A stretch of DNA of 64,000 nucleotides, from IMG/VR virus record IMGVR_UViG_3300045125_000077; one strand, written 5' to 3'. The notes under the pieces were generated by a model. The model saw only the letters and a program-made list of their open reading frames with translations, was not told the origin of the DNA and did not search any database. Origin of the DNA: a virus. A program made the position numbers and the translations under genes. Each line of letters starts with the position of its first letter. Position 1 is the first letter of the stretch. Positions 1 through 12,200 of this stretch are shown one piece after another.

Positions 1-55
1 CCGTCTTAATCTGTTTAGCATATTTAACTCCATTTGTCACGGTTTTAAGATATGG

Positions 56-283
56 TCATATTTTTTGGACGATGTGCTGTTGAATGATCGCGACGGAACA
101 GTGCTGGTTGAATGGGGTCAACGTAATTCCATTTACTGTTATAGTTTCCATTGGAAGATAGACCTGCTTGGAATAATACATTACCGTCAAATTTCGCCCC
201 CTCTCCCAACCAATCAAATTTTCCGTTGTTTTGTATATATCCTCTCTGGCTCCCTCCAGTAAAGAATTGTATATATTGTCCAC
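56..283 (-). CDS. hypothetical protein downstream of the giant fibre gene (probably frameshifted near its 3' end)
   Basis: 75-aa ORF with a GTG start 7 nt after the inferred fibre stop; no recognisable motif. Confidence 0.4.
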   Translation of the reverse strand: MDNIYNSLLEGAREDIYKTTENLIGWERGRNLTVMYYSKQVYLPMETITVNGITLTPFNQHCSVAIIQQHIVQKI

Positions 284-290
284 CGGTTAA

Positions 291-3200
291 CTAAGCGCCA
301 AGTTTACTGTTCCGGCTGGGGTTAAATCGATCTCGTCCCCCCCGAGGCATTATCGGTCCACCTGGTTACGTAGTAAGTGTAGAACTGCCGTCATTTCGTA
401 TACCTATAGTATCTGTTATATAAATACCACCAAGTTGTCGTTGGTTTTGAACCATCCCATACCAGCAACTTGTTTCCACCTGTGTCTCCTACTGAGAATT
501 TTCCATCATTGGCAAGATACCATCCCAGTCTCCAGTATCAGTATGCGGTCATTCCAGCATAAGCGTTACGCAGCACTGCTCAATGTTATATTACCTCCCG
601 TTAGTGTAGTTGCGCCAATTGTCCAGCCGCTGCCGATTGTTCCGGCCAGTTGAGGTTAATGTTTCCGTTAGAACGCAAACTTCCGGAATACATCCACCGC
701 CCATGCTTAGGGTTCCGCCGGCATATTGTATTTCCGCTTATTGTCACCCAGCTTATAGTGCCGCCAGTAATAGGAATCTCCCTGTAATAGACCTCGTAGC
801 GGCAATTTGTGTCCCAGTTATTGTCCCTGCTGCCATATTTGCGGCAGTTGTAGTACCTGCGGCAATTTCAGTGTGTTGCAGTTGTAGCACCCGGCAGGCA
901 ACTCTTCCGGCGGTAATAGACCCTGCTCCACCTCTGCCGGCAGATATAGTTCCGGCAGTTATTGCGCTCGCATTAAGATTTCTTACATACGCCGAATCCA
1001 GATATACTCCACCGCCATCTACCGTGAATGGAACTATTGTTCCAGTTCCATTTGATTGTACAATTTTAAATTCGTCTACTTGTACAATAAATGAGGAAGA
1101 TGTTGATGCATCGGCGGCGAGCCTAAAACCAGCCACTCTGTTTCCAGCAGTTACTTTAACTGTATATTGAGATTTTAAATCTACTATTGAACCTGATATA
1201 GCAGCCGTCGTTGTTTGGCTTGTTGATACACTCGCTGCTAAAGATGAACTATTAATTACAACACTTGAAGATAGCGCTGTTAATAGACTTGCCAAAGAAC
1301 CAGACGCACTTGAGAAAGCAAACGCTATTTGTCCAATACTTGATGCAACATGATGCGCTATCCCAGTAAAGCTGGAAGATATTATAGTTATGGTCTGAGC
1401 AAGTGACGAACTAAAATCTACATTTGTAGTATTTACTTGAGCAATAGATGCCGCCAGAAGAACTGTTTGTACGTATGCTGGACGACAGTGTGGTAATGCT
1501 TTGCGCCAAGGACGAGCTAAACGTGGTGTTGGTCGTATTAGTCTGGGTAATGGAAGACGCCAATGACGCACTGTTGGTACTGACGCTAGCTGACAGAGTG
1601 GTGATGCTCTGCGCCAGAGACGAACTGAACGTGACGTTGGTCGTGTCAGTTCTGGTGATGGACGCAGCCAGCGACGCACTGTTGGTACGTATGCTGGCCG
1701 ACAGTGTGGTTATGCTCTGCGCCAACGAGGAACTAAACGTGACGTTGGTCGTGTCAGTTCTGGTAATAGACGCTGCCAGAGAAGAACTGTTGGTACTGAC
1801 GCTAGCCGACAACGTGGTGATGCTCTGCGCCAGAGACGGAGCTAAACGTGACGTTGGTCGTATCTGTGCGAGTAATAGACGCCGCTAGTGATGAGCTATT
1901 ACCGTCGATGCGCGACGACAGTGTGGTAATGCTTTGCGCCAAGAGACGAGCTAAACGTGGTGTTGGTCGTATTAGTCTGGGTAATGGAAGACGCCAATGA
2001 CGCACTGTTGGTACTGACGCTAGCTGACAGAGTGGTGATGCTTTGCGCCAGAGACGAACTGAACGTGACGTTGGTCGTGTCAGTTCTGGTGATGGACGCA
2101 GCCAGCGACGCACTGTTGGTACGTATGCTGGCCGATAGTGTGGTTATGCTCTGCGCCAACGAGGAACTAAACGTGACGTTGGTCGTGTCAGTTCTTCGGT
2201 AACAGACGCTGCCAGAGAAGAACTGTTGGTACTGACGCTAGCCGACAACGTGGTGATGCTCTGCGCCAGAGACGAGCTAAACGTGACGTTGGTCGTATCT
2301 GTGCGAGTAATAGACGCCGCTAGTGATGAGCTATTACCGTCGATGCGCGACGACAGTGTGGTAATGCTTTGCGCCAGAGATGAGCTAAACGTAGTGTTGG
2401 TCGTATTAGTCTGGGTAATGGAAGACGCCAATGACGCACTGTTGGTACTGACGCTAGCTGACAGAGTGGTGATGCTTTGCGCCAGAGACGAACTAAACGT
2501 GACGTTGGTCGTGTCAGTTCTGGTAATAGACGCTGCCAGAGAAGAACTGTTGGTACTGACGCTAGCCGACAACGTGGTGATGCTCTGCGCCAGAGACGAG
2601 CTAAACGTGACGTTGGTCGTATCTGTGCGAGTAATAGACGCCGCTAGTGATGAGCTATTACCGTCGATGCGCGACGACAGTGTGGTAATGCTTTGCGCCA
2701 GAGATGAGCTAAACGTAGTGTTGGTCGTATTAGTCTGGGTAATGGAAGACGCCAATGACGCACTGTTGGTACTGACGCTAGCTGACAGAGTGGTGATGCT
2801 TTGCGCCAGAGACGAACTAAACGTGACGTTGGTCGTGTCAGTTCTGGTAATAGACGCTGCCAGAGAAGAACTGTTGGTACTGACGCTAGCCGACAACGTG
2901 GTGATGCTCTGCGCCAGAGACGAGCTAAACGTGACGTTGGTCGTATCTGTGCGAGTAATAGACGCCGCTAGTGATGAGCTATTACCGTCGATGCGCGACG
3001 ACAGTGTGGTAATGCTTTGCGCCAGAGGATGAGCTAAACGTGGTGTTGGTCGTATTAGTCTGGGTAATGGAAGACGCCAATGACGCACTGTTGGTACTGA
3101 CGCTAGCTGACAGAGTGGTGATGCTTTGCGCCAGAGACGAACTAAACGTGACGTTGGTCGTGTCAGTTCTGGTAATAGACGCTGCCAGAGAAGAACTGTT

Positions 3201-6200
3201 GGTACTGACGCTAGCCGACAACGTGGTGATGCTCTGCGCCAGAGACGAGCTAAACGTGACGTTGGTCGTATCTGTGCGAGTAATAGACGCCGCTAGTGAT
3301 GAGCTATTACCGTCGATGCGCGACGACAGTGTGGTAATGCTTTGCGCCAGAGATGAGCTAAACGTAGTGTTGGTCGTATTAGTCTGGGTAATGGAAGACG
3401 CCAATGACGCACTGTTGGTACTGACGCTAGCTGACAGAGTGGTGATGCTTTGCGCCAGAGACGAGCTAAACGTGACGTTGGTCGTGTCAGTTCTGGTAAT
3501 AGACGCTGCCAGAGAAGAACTGTTGGTACTGACGCTAGCCGACAACGTGGTGATGCTCTGCGCCAGAGACGAGCTAAACGTGACGTTGGTCGTATCTGTG
3601 CGAGTAATAGACGCCGCTAGTGATGAGCTATTACCGTCGATGCGCGACGACAGTGTGGTAATGCTTTGCGCCAGAGATGAGCTAAACGTAGTGTTGGTCG
3701 TATTAGTCTGGGTAATGGAAGACGCCAATGACGCACTGTTGGTACTGACGCTAGCTGACAGAGTGGTGATGCTTTGCGCCAGAGACGAACTAAACGTGAC
3801 GTTGGTCGTGTCAGTTCTGGTAATAGACGCTGCCAGAGAAGAACTGTTGGTACTGACGCTAGCCGACAACGTGGTGATGCTCTGCGCCAGAGACGAGCTA
3901 AACGTGACGTTGGTCGTATCTGTGCGAGTAATAGACGCCGCTAGTGATGAGCTATTACCGTCGATGCGCGACGACAGTGTGGTAATGCTTTGCGCCAGAG
4001 ATGAGCTAAACGTAGTGTTGGTCGTATTAGTCTGGGTAATGGAAGACGCCAATGACGCACTGTTGGTACTGACGCTAGCTGACAGAGTGGTGATGCTTTG
4101 CGCCAGAGACGAACTAAACGTGACGTTGGTCGTGTCAGTTCTGGTAATAGACGCTGCCAGAGAAGAACTGTTGGTACTGACGCTAGCCGACAACGTGGTG
4201 ATGCTCTGCGCCAGAGACGAGCTAAACGTGACGTTGGTCGTATCTGTGCGAGTAATAGACGCCGCTAGTGATGAGCTATTACCGTCGATGCGCGACGACA
4301 GTGTGGTAATGCTTTGCGCCAGAGATGAGCTAAACGTAGTGTTGGTCGTATTAGTCTGGGTAATGGAAGACGCCAATGACGCACTGTTGGTACTGACGCT
4401 AGCTGACAGAGTGGTGATGCTTTGCGCCAGAGACGAGCTAAACGTGACGTTGGTCGTGTCAGTTCTGGTAATAGACGCTGCCAGAGAAGAACTGTTGGTA
4501 CTGACGCTAGCCGACAACGTGGTGATGCTCTGCGCCAGAGACGAGCTAAACGTGACGTTGGTCGTATCTGTGCGAGTAATAGACGCCGCTAGTGATGAGC
4601 TATTACCGTCGATGCGCGACGACAGTGTGGTAATGCTTTGCGCCAGAGATGAGCTAAACGTAGTGTTGGTCGTATTAGTCTGGGTAATGGAAGACGCCAA
4701 TGACGCACTGTTGGTACTGACGCTAGCTGACAGAGTGGTGATGCTTTGCGCCAGAGACGAACTAAACGTGACGTTGGTCGTGTCAGTTCTGGTAATAGAC
4801 GCTGCCAGAGAAGAACTGTTGGTACTGACGCTAGCCGACAACGTGGTGATGCTCTGCGCCAGAGACGAGCTAAACGTGACGTTGGTCGTATCTGTGCGAG
4901 TAATAGACGCCGCTAGTGATGAGCTATTACCGTCGATGCGCGACGACAGTGTGGTAATGCTTTGCGCCAGAGATGAGCTAAACGTAGTGTTGGTCGTATT
5001 AGTCTGGGTAATGGAAGACGCCAATGACGCACTGTTGGTACTGACGCTAGCTGACAGAGTGGTGATGCTTTGCGCCAGAGACGAACTAAACGTGACGTTG
5101 GTCGTGTCAGTTCTGGTAATAGACGCTGCCAGAGAAGAACTGTTGGTACTGACGCTAGCCGACAACGTGGTGATGCTCTGCGCCAGAGACGAGCTAAACG
5201 TGACGTTGGTCGTATCTGTGCGAGTAATAGACGCCGCTAGTGATGAGCTATTACCGTCGATGCGCGACGACAGTGTGGTAATGCTTTGCGCCAGAGATGA
5301 GCTAAACGTAGTGTTGGTCGTATTAGTCTGGGTAATGGAAGACGCCAATGACGCACTGTTGGTACTGACGCTAGCTGACAGAGTGGTGATGCTTTGCGCC
5401 AGAGACGAACTAAACGTGACGTTGGTCGTGTCAGTTCTGGTAATAGACGCTGCCAGAGAAGAACTGTTGGTACTGACGCTAGCCGACAACGTGGTGATGC
5501 TCTGCGCCAACGAGGAGCTAAACGTGACGTTGGTCGTATCTGTGCGAGTAATAGACGCCGCTAGTGATGAGCTATTACCGTCGATGCGCGACGACAGTGT
5601 GGTAATGCTTTGCGCCAAGGACGAGCTAAACGTGGTGTTGGTCGTATTAGTCTGGGTAATGGAAGACGCCAATGACGCACTGTTGGTACTGACGCTAGCT
5701 GACAGAGTGGTGATGCTTTGCGCCAGAGACGAACTGAACGTGACGTTGGTCGTGTCAGTTCTGGTGATGGACGCAGCCAGCGACGCACTGTTGGTACGTA
5801 TGCTGGCCGATAGTGTGGTTATGCTCTGCGCCAACGAGGAACTAAACGTGACGTTGGTCGTGTCAGTTCTGGTAATAGACGCTGCCAGAGAAGAACTGTT
5901 GGTACTGACGCTAGCCGACAACGTGGTGATGCTCTGCGCCAGAGACGAGCTAAACGTGACGTTGGTCGTATCTGTGCGAGTAATAGACGCCGCTAGTGAT
6001 GAGCTATTACCGTCGATGCGCGACGACAGTGTGGTAATGCTTTGCGCCAGAGATGAGCTAAACGTAGTGTTGGTCGTATTAGTCTGGGTAATGGAAGACG
6101 CCAATGACGCACTGTTGGTACTGACGCTAGCTGACAGAGTGGTGATGCTTTGCGCCAGAGACGAACTAAACGTGACGTTGGTCGTGTCAGTTCTGGTAAT

Positions 6201-9200
6201 AGACGCTGCCAGAGAAGAACTGTTGGTACTGACGCTAGCCGACAACGTGGTGATGCTCTGCGCCAGAGACGAGCTAAACGTGACGTTGGTCGTATCTGTG
6301 CGAGTAATAGACGCCGCTAGTGATGAGCTATTACCGTCGATGCGCGACGACAGTGTGGTAATGCTTTGCGCCAAGGACGAGCTAAACGTGGTGTTGGTCG
6401 TATTAGTCTGGGTAATGGAAGACGCCAATGACGCACTGTTGGTACTGACGCTAGCTGACAGAGTGGTGATGCTTTGCGCCAGAGAAGAGCTAAATGTGAC
6501 GTTGGTCGTGTCAGTTCTGGTAATAGACGCTGCCAGAGAAGAACTGTTGGTACTGACGCTAGCCGACAACGTGGTGATGCTCTGCGCCAGAGACGAGCTA
6601 AACGTGACGTTGGTCGTATCTGTGCGAGTAATAGACGCCGCTAGTGATGAGCTATTACCGTCGATGCGCGACGACAGTGTGGTAATGCTTTGCGCCAAGG
6701 ACGAGCTAAACGTGGTGTTGGTCGTATTAGTCTGGGTAATGGAAGACGCCAATGACGCACTGTTGGTACTGACGCTAGCTGACAGAGTGGTGATGCTTTG
6801 AGCCAGAGACGAGCTAAACGTGACGTTTGTCGTATTGGTCTGGGTGATGGATGCCGCCAGTGACGAGCTATTACCGTCGATGCGCGACGACAGTGTGGTA
6901 ATGCTTTGCGCCAGAGAAGAGCTAAATGTGACGTTGGTCGTGTCAGTTCTGGTAATAGATGCTGCCAGAGAAGAACTGTTGGTGCTGACGCTAGCCGACA
7001 ACGTGGTGATGCTCTGAGCCAGAGACGAGCTAAACGTGACGTTGGTCGTATTGGTCTGGGTGATGGATGCCGCCAGTGACGCACTATTTATATCGACTCT
7101 AGACGATAGTGCAGTAATAGTTTGTGCCAAAGATGAACTGAAATTTACCTGAGTAGTAGTTGCGTTCGTTATTGTTGATGATAATGATGCACTATTATAT
7201 TAATACTGGAAGATAATGCAGTTACCCTAGTCGCTAGAGAAGAACTAAACGTACTAAATACAGTGTCTGTAGAAGTTATAGAAGACGCAAAAGAAGCGCT
7301 GGATAAATTGATACTGAAGATAATGTAGTAGTTCTTGTTGCCAAAGAAGAACTAAATGTAGTTTGTATATCTTCTACAGTTTTTATAGATGCCGCCAAAG
7401 AAGAACTGTTCGTAGTAACTCTAGAATCTAATTGAGTTGTTCTTGAAGCAAGAGATGATGAAGTATTTGTTGCGGCAAGTTCTATTGTTGTTATAGATGC
7501 AGCCAATGAAGAACTATCTATAAAAATTGCGCTCGCGGATATTGAAGCAATTCTCTGCGCAAGAGACGAACTTGCTGTACTAAAAGAAACATCTGTACTC
7601 GTTATTGCTGCTGAAAGTGAACTACTAAACGTTATAAAACTTGAAGAAATTGTAGTAGATTCGGAAGCTAATGATGCGCTAGCAGTAGTAAACACAGTGT
7701 CTACATTTGTTATAGATGCAGCAATTGAAGCACTTGTAAAATTAATACTAGATGATAGCGTCGTTGAACGTTGTGCTAATGAAGAACTTGTCGTAGTAAA
7801 TACAGTATCTACACTTGTTATAGATGCCGCTAGTGATGCACTATTTGTTTTAACACTTGAAGAGAGTATAGTAATACTTTGCGCCAGAGACGAGCTAAAC
7901 GTGACGTTTGTAGTATCAGTTCTGGTGATAGACGCTGCCAGAGAAGAACTGTTGGTGCTGACGCTAGCTGACAGAGTGGTGATGCTCTGAGCCAGAGACG
8001 AGCTAAACGTGACGTTTGTCGTATTGGTCTGGGTGATGGATGCCGCCAGTGACGAGCTATTACCGTCGATACGCGACGACAGTGTGGTAATGCTTTGCGC
8101 CAGAGATGAGCTAAACGCAGTGTTGGTCGTATTAGTCTGGGTAATGGAAGACGCCAATGACGCACTGTTGGTACTGACGCTAGCTGACAGAGTGGTGATG
8201 CTTTGCGCCAGAGACGAACCAAACGTGACGTTGGTCGTGTCAGTTCTGGTGATAGATGCTGCCAGAGAAGAACTGTTGGTGCTGACGCTAGCCGACAACG
8301 TGGTGATGTTTCTGAGCCAGAGACGAGCTAAACGTGACGTTTGTCGTATTGGTCTGGGTGATGGATGCCGCCAGTGACGAGCTATTACCGTCGATACGCG
8401 ACGACAGTGTGGTAATGCTTTGCGCCAAGGACGAGCTAAACGTGGTGTTGGTCGTGTTGGTCTGGGTAATTGAAGACGCCAGTGACGAGCTGTTTGTGCT
8501 GACGCTAGCTGACAGTGTGGTAATACTTTGTGCCAGACGACGAGCTAAACGTTACGCTGGTCGTGTCAGTTCTGGTGATGGACGCAGCCAGTGACGCACT
8601 TATTGGTACGTATGCTGGCCGATAGTGTGGTAATACTTTGCGCCAGAGACGAGCTAAACGTGACGTTTGTCGTATCAGTTCTGGTGATAGATGCTGCCAG
8701 AGAAGAACTGTTGGTGCTGACGCTAGCCGACAGAGTGGTGATGCTTTGCGCCAGAGACGAGCTAAACGTGACGCTAGTCGTATTGGTCTGGGTGATGGAT
8801 GCCGCCAGTGACGAGCTATTACCGTCGATACGCGACGACATGTGTGGTAATGCTTTGCGCCAAGGACGAGCTAAACGTGGTGTTGGTCGTGTTGGTCTGG
8901 GTAATGGAAGACGCCAGTGACGCGCTGTTGGTGCTGACGCTGGCCGACAGAGTGGTGATGCTTTGCGCCAGAGACGAGCTAAACGTGACGTTTGTCGTAT
9001 CAGTTCTGGTGATAGACGCTGCCAGAGAAGAACTGTTTGTGCTGACGCTAGCTGATAGAGTGGTGATGCTTTGCGCCAGAGACGAGCTAAACGTGACGCT
9101 AGTCGTATTGGTCTGGGTAATGGATGCCGCCAGTGACGAGCTATTACCGTCGATACGCGACGACAGTGTGGTAATGCTTTGCGCCAAGGACGAGCTAAAC

Positions 9201-12200
9201 GTGGTGTTGGTCGTGTTGGTCTGGGTAATTGGAAGACGCCAGTGACGAACTGTTGGTACTTACACTGGACGACAACGTAGTAATACTTTGCGCTAAAGAT
9301 GAACTAAATGTAACACTCGTCGTGTTAACTTGAGTTATCGATGCTGCTAAAGATGCGCTATTAGTGCGTATACTAGAAGATAAATTGGTGAAAGTCTGGG
9401 CTAAGGATGAACTAAAATTGGTATTAGTAGTATTTACCTGAGTAATAGACGATGCCACGATGCACTATTAGTATCTACTCTGGACGATAAAGTCGATACG
9501 GTTTGTGCCAACGATGAACTAAAATTAGTATTTGTCGTACTCGTTTGACTAATAGATGCGGCCAAAGATGCACTATTTGTAACTACACTAGAAGAAAGAA
9601 TAGTCACCCTTTTGAGCAAGAGAAGAACTAAAGTCTGAACTGGGCGGTGTCAATAGATACTATAAATGACGCCAAAGAAGCACTGGTATTACTTACAGAA
9701 GAATTTAATGTAGTAAATCTTTCGGAGAATGAAGATGAATTATTTATTACAGCTTGTTCTATTGTTGTTATAGAAGCTGCAAGTGAAGAACTGTCTATGA
9801 ATATGGCACTGGCTGAAATAGATGCTATTCTTTGTGCTAGTGAAGAACTTGCGTTTGTAAACGCAAAATCTGTACTTGTAACCGCAGCAGATAAAGAACT
9901 GCTAAATGTTAAAAAAGCTAGAAGACAGCGTTGTGGTTCTAGACGCCAAAGAAGAACTTGCCGTAACAAATACAGTATCTACATTGGTTATAGATGCAGC
10001 AATTGAAGCACTTGTAAAATTAATGCTTGCGGACAACGTAGTTGATATTTGCGCTAAAGAGGAAGAAGCATCAGTAAATGTAGTTTGAACATTTGTTATA
10101 GACGCAGCAAGTGAAGCGCTGTTTGTTCTAACACTAGACGATAGTGTGGTAATACTTTGCGCCAGAGACGAGCTAAACGTTACGCTAGTCGTATTGGTCT
10201 GGGTAATGGATGCCGCCAGTGACGAGCTATTACCGTCGATACGCGACGACAGTGTGGTAATGCTTTGCGCCAAGGACGAGCTAAACGTTGTGTTGGTCGT
10301 ATTAGTCTGGGTAATGGAAGACGCCAGTGACGAGCTGTTTGTTGCTGACGCTAGCTGACAGAGTGGTGATGCTTTGCGCCAGAGACGAGCTAAACGTGAC
10401 GCTGGTCGTATTGGTCTGGGTGATGGATGCCGCCAGTGACGCACTATTGGTACGTATGCTGGCTGATAGTGTGGTAATACTTTGCGCCAGAGACGAGCTA
10501 AATGTGACGCTTGTCGTACAGTTCTGGTAATAGATGCTGCCAGAGAAGAACTGTTGGTACTGACGCTGGCTGGATAGTGTGGTGATGCTTTGTGCCAACG
10601 AGGAACTGAACGTTACGCTGGTCGTATTGGTCTGGGTAATGGATGCCGCCAGTGACGAGCTATTACCGTCGATACGCGACGACAGTGTGGTAATGCTTTG
10701 CGCCAAGGACGAGCTAAACGTTGTGTTGGTCGTATTAGTCTGGGTAATGGAAGACGCCAGTGACGAGCTGTTTGTGCTGACGCTAGCTGACAGAGTGGTG
10801 ATGCTTTGCGCCAGAGACGAGCTAAACGTGACGCTGGTCGTATTGGTCTGGGTGATGGATGCCGCCAGTGACGCACTATTGGTACGTATGCTGGCTGATA
10901 GTGTGGTAATACTTTGCGCCAGAGACGAGCTAAATGTGACGCTTGTCGTGTCGGTTCTGGTAATAGACGCCGCCAGAGAAGAACTGTTGGTGCTGACGCT
11001 AGCTGACAGAGTGGTGATGCTTTGTGCCAACGAGGAACTGAACGTTACGCTAGTCGTATTGGTCTGGGTAATGGATGCCGCCAGTGACGAGCTATTACCG
11101 TCGATACGCGACGACAGTGTGGTAATGCTTTGCGCCAGAGACGAGCTAAACGTTGTGTTGGTCGTATTAGTCTGGGTAATGGAAGACGCCAGTGACGAGC
11201 TGTTTGTACTGACGCTGGCTGATAGTGTGGTGATGCTTTGTGCCAACGAGGAACTGAACGTTACGCTAGTCGTATTGGTCTGGGTAATGGACGCCGCCAG
11301 TGATGAGCTATTGCCGTCGATACGCGACGACAATGTGGTAATGCTTTGCGCCAGAGATGAGCTAAACGTGGTGTTGGTCGTGTTGGTCTGGGTAATTGAA
11401 GACGCCAGTGACGAGCTGTTTGTACTGACGCTGGCTGATAGTGTGGTGATGCTTTGTGCCAACGAGGAGCTAAACGTGACGCTGGTCGTGTTGGTCTGTG
11501 TAATGGACGCCGCCAGTGACGAGCTATTACCGTCGATACGCGACGACAGTGTGGTAATGCTTTGCGCCAAGGACGAGCTAAACGTTGTGTTGGTCGTATT
11601 AGTCTGGGTAATTGAAGACGCCAGTGACGAGCTGTTTGTGCTGACGCTAGCTGACAGTGTGGTAATACTTTGTGCCAACGAGGAGCTAAACGTTACGCTG
11701 GTCGTGTCAGTTCTGGTGATGGACGCAGCCAGTGACGCACTATTGGTACGTATGCTGGCCGATAGTGTGGTAATACTTTGCGCCAGAGACGAGCTAAATG
11801 TGACGCTTGTAGTGTTGGTCTGGGTGATGGATGCCGCTAGTGACGAACTATTACCGTCGATACGCGACGACAGTGTGGTAATGCTTTGCGCCAAGGACGA
11901 GCTAAACGTTGTGTTGGTCGTATTAGTCTGGGTAATGGAAGACGCCAGTGACGCACTGTTGGTACTAATACTGGAAGAAAGAACAGTGACTCTTTGTGCC
12001 AACGAAGAACTATAATCACTATTTACCGTACTTATTTCCGTCACAAATGCGGATATAGACGCACTGGAATTATTAATTGATGAATTTAATATAGTAGTTC
12101 TATCCGCGAACGAAGAAGAATTGGTTACTATCGCCTGTTCTAATGTAGTAATAGACGCCGCAAGTGAAGAACTATCTATAAAAATTGCGCTTGCAGATAT

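Noticed and set aside
291-1400. Diversity-generating retroelement acting on the fibre tip (suggested by the Mtd-like domain)
   Set aside because: No reverse transcriptase or TR/VR pair differing at adenines is visible. Only the N-terminal Mtd anchor domain is present, not the variable C-type lectin domain.
753-11000. Minus-strand alternative-frame ORFs such as MRRWLRPSPELTRPTSRS and MRHWRHPSPRP
   Set aside because: These are off-frame translations of the same repeat.
1480-11960. Repeat array as a possible CRISPR array
   Set aside because: Units are contiguous with no unique spacers, are multiples of 3 nt and encode a coherent protein; there are no cas genes.
1448-12015. Long plus-strand ORFs (e.g. 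3040-6801, 1,253 aa; 10579-12015) reading VMLCARDELNVTLVV...
   Set aside because: These are antisense shadows of the fibre repeat: one stop-free unit repeated gives a long ORF. They have no start context or domains, and the minus strand carries the recognisable termini.
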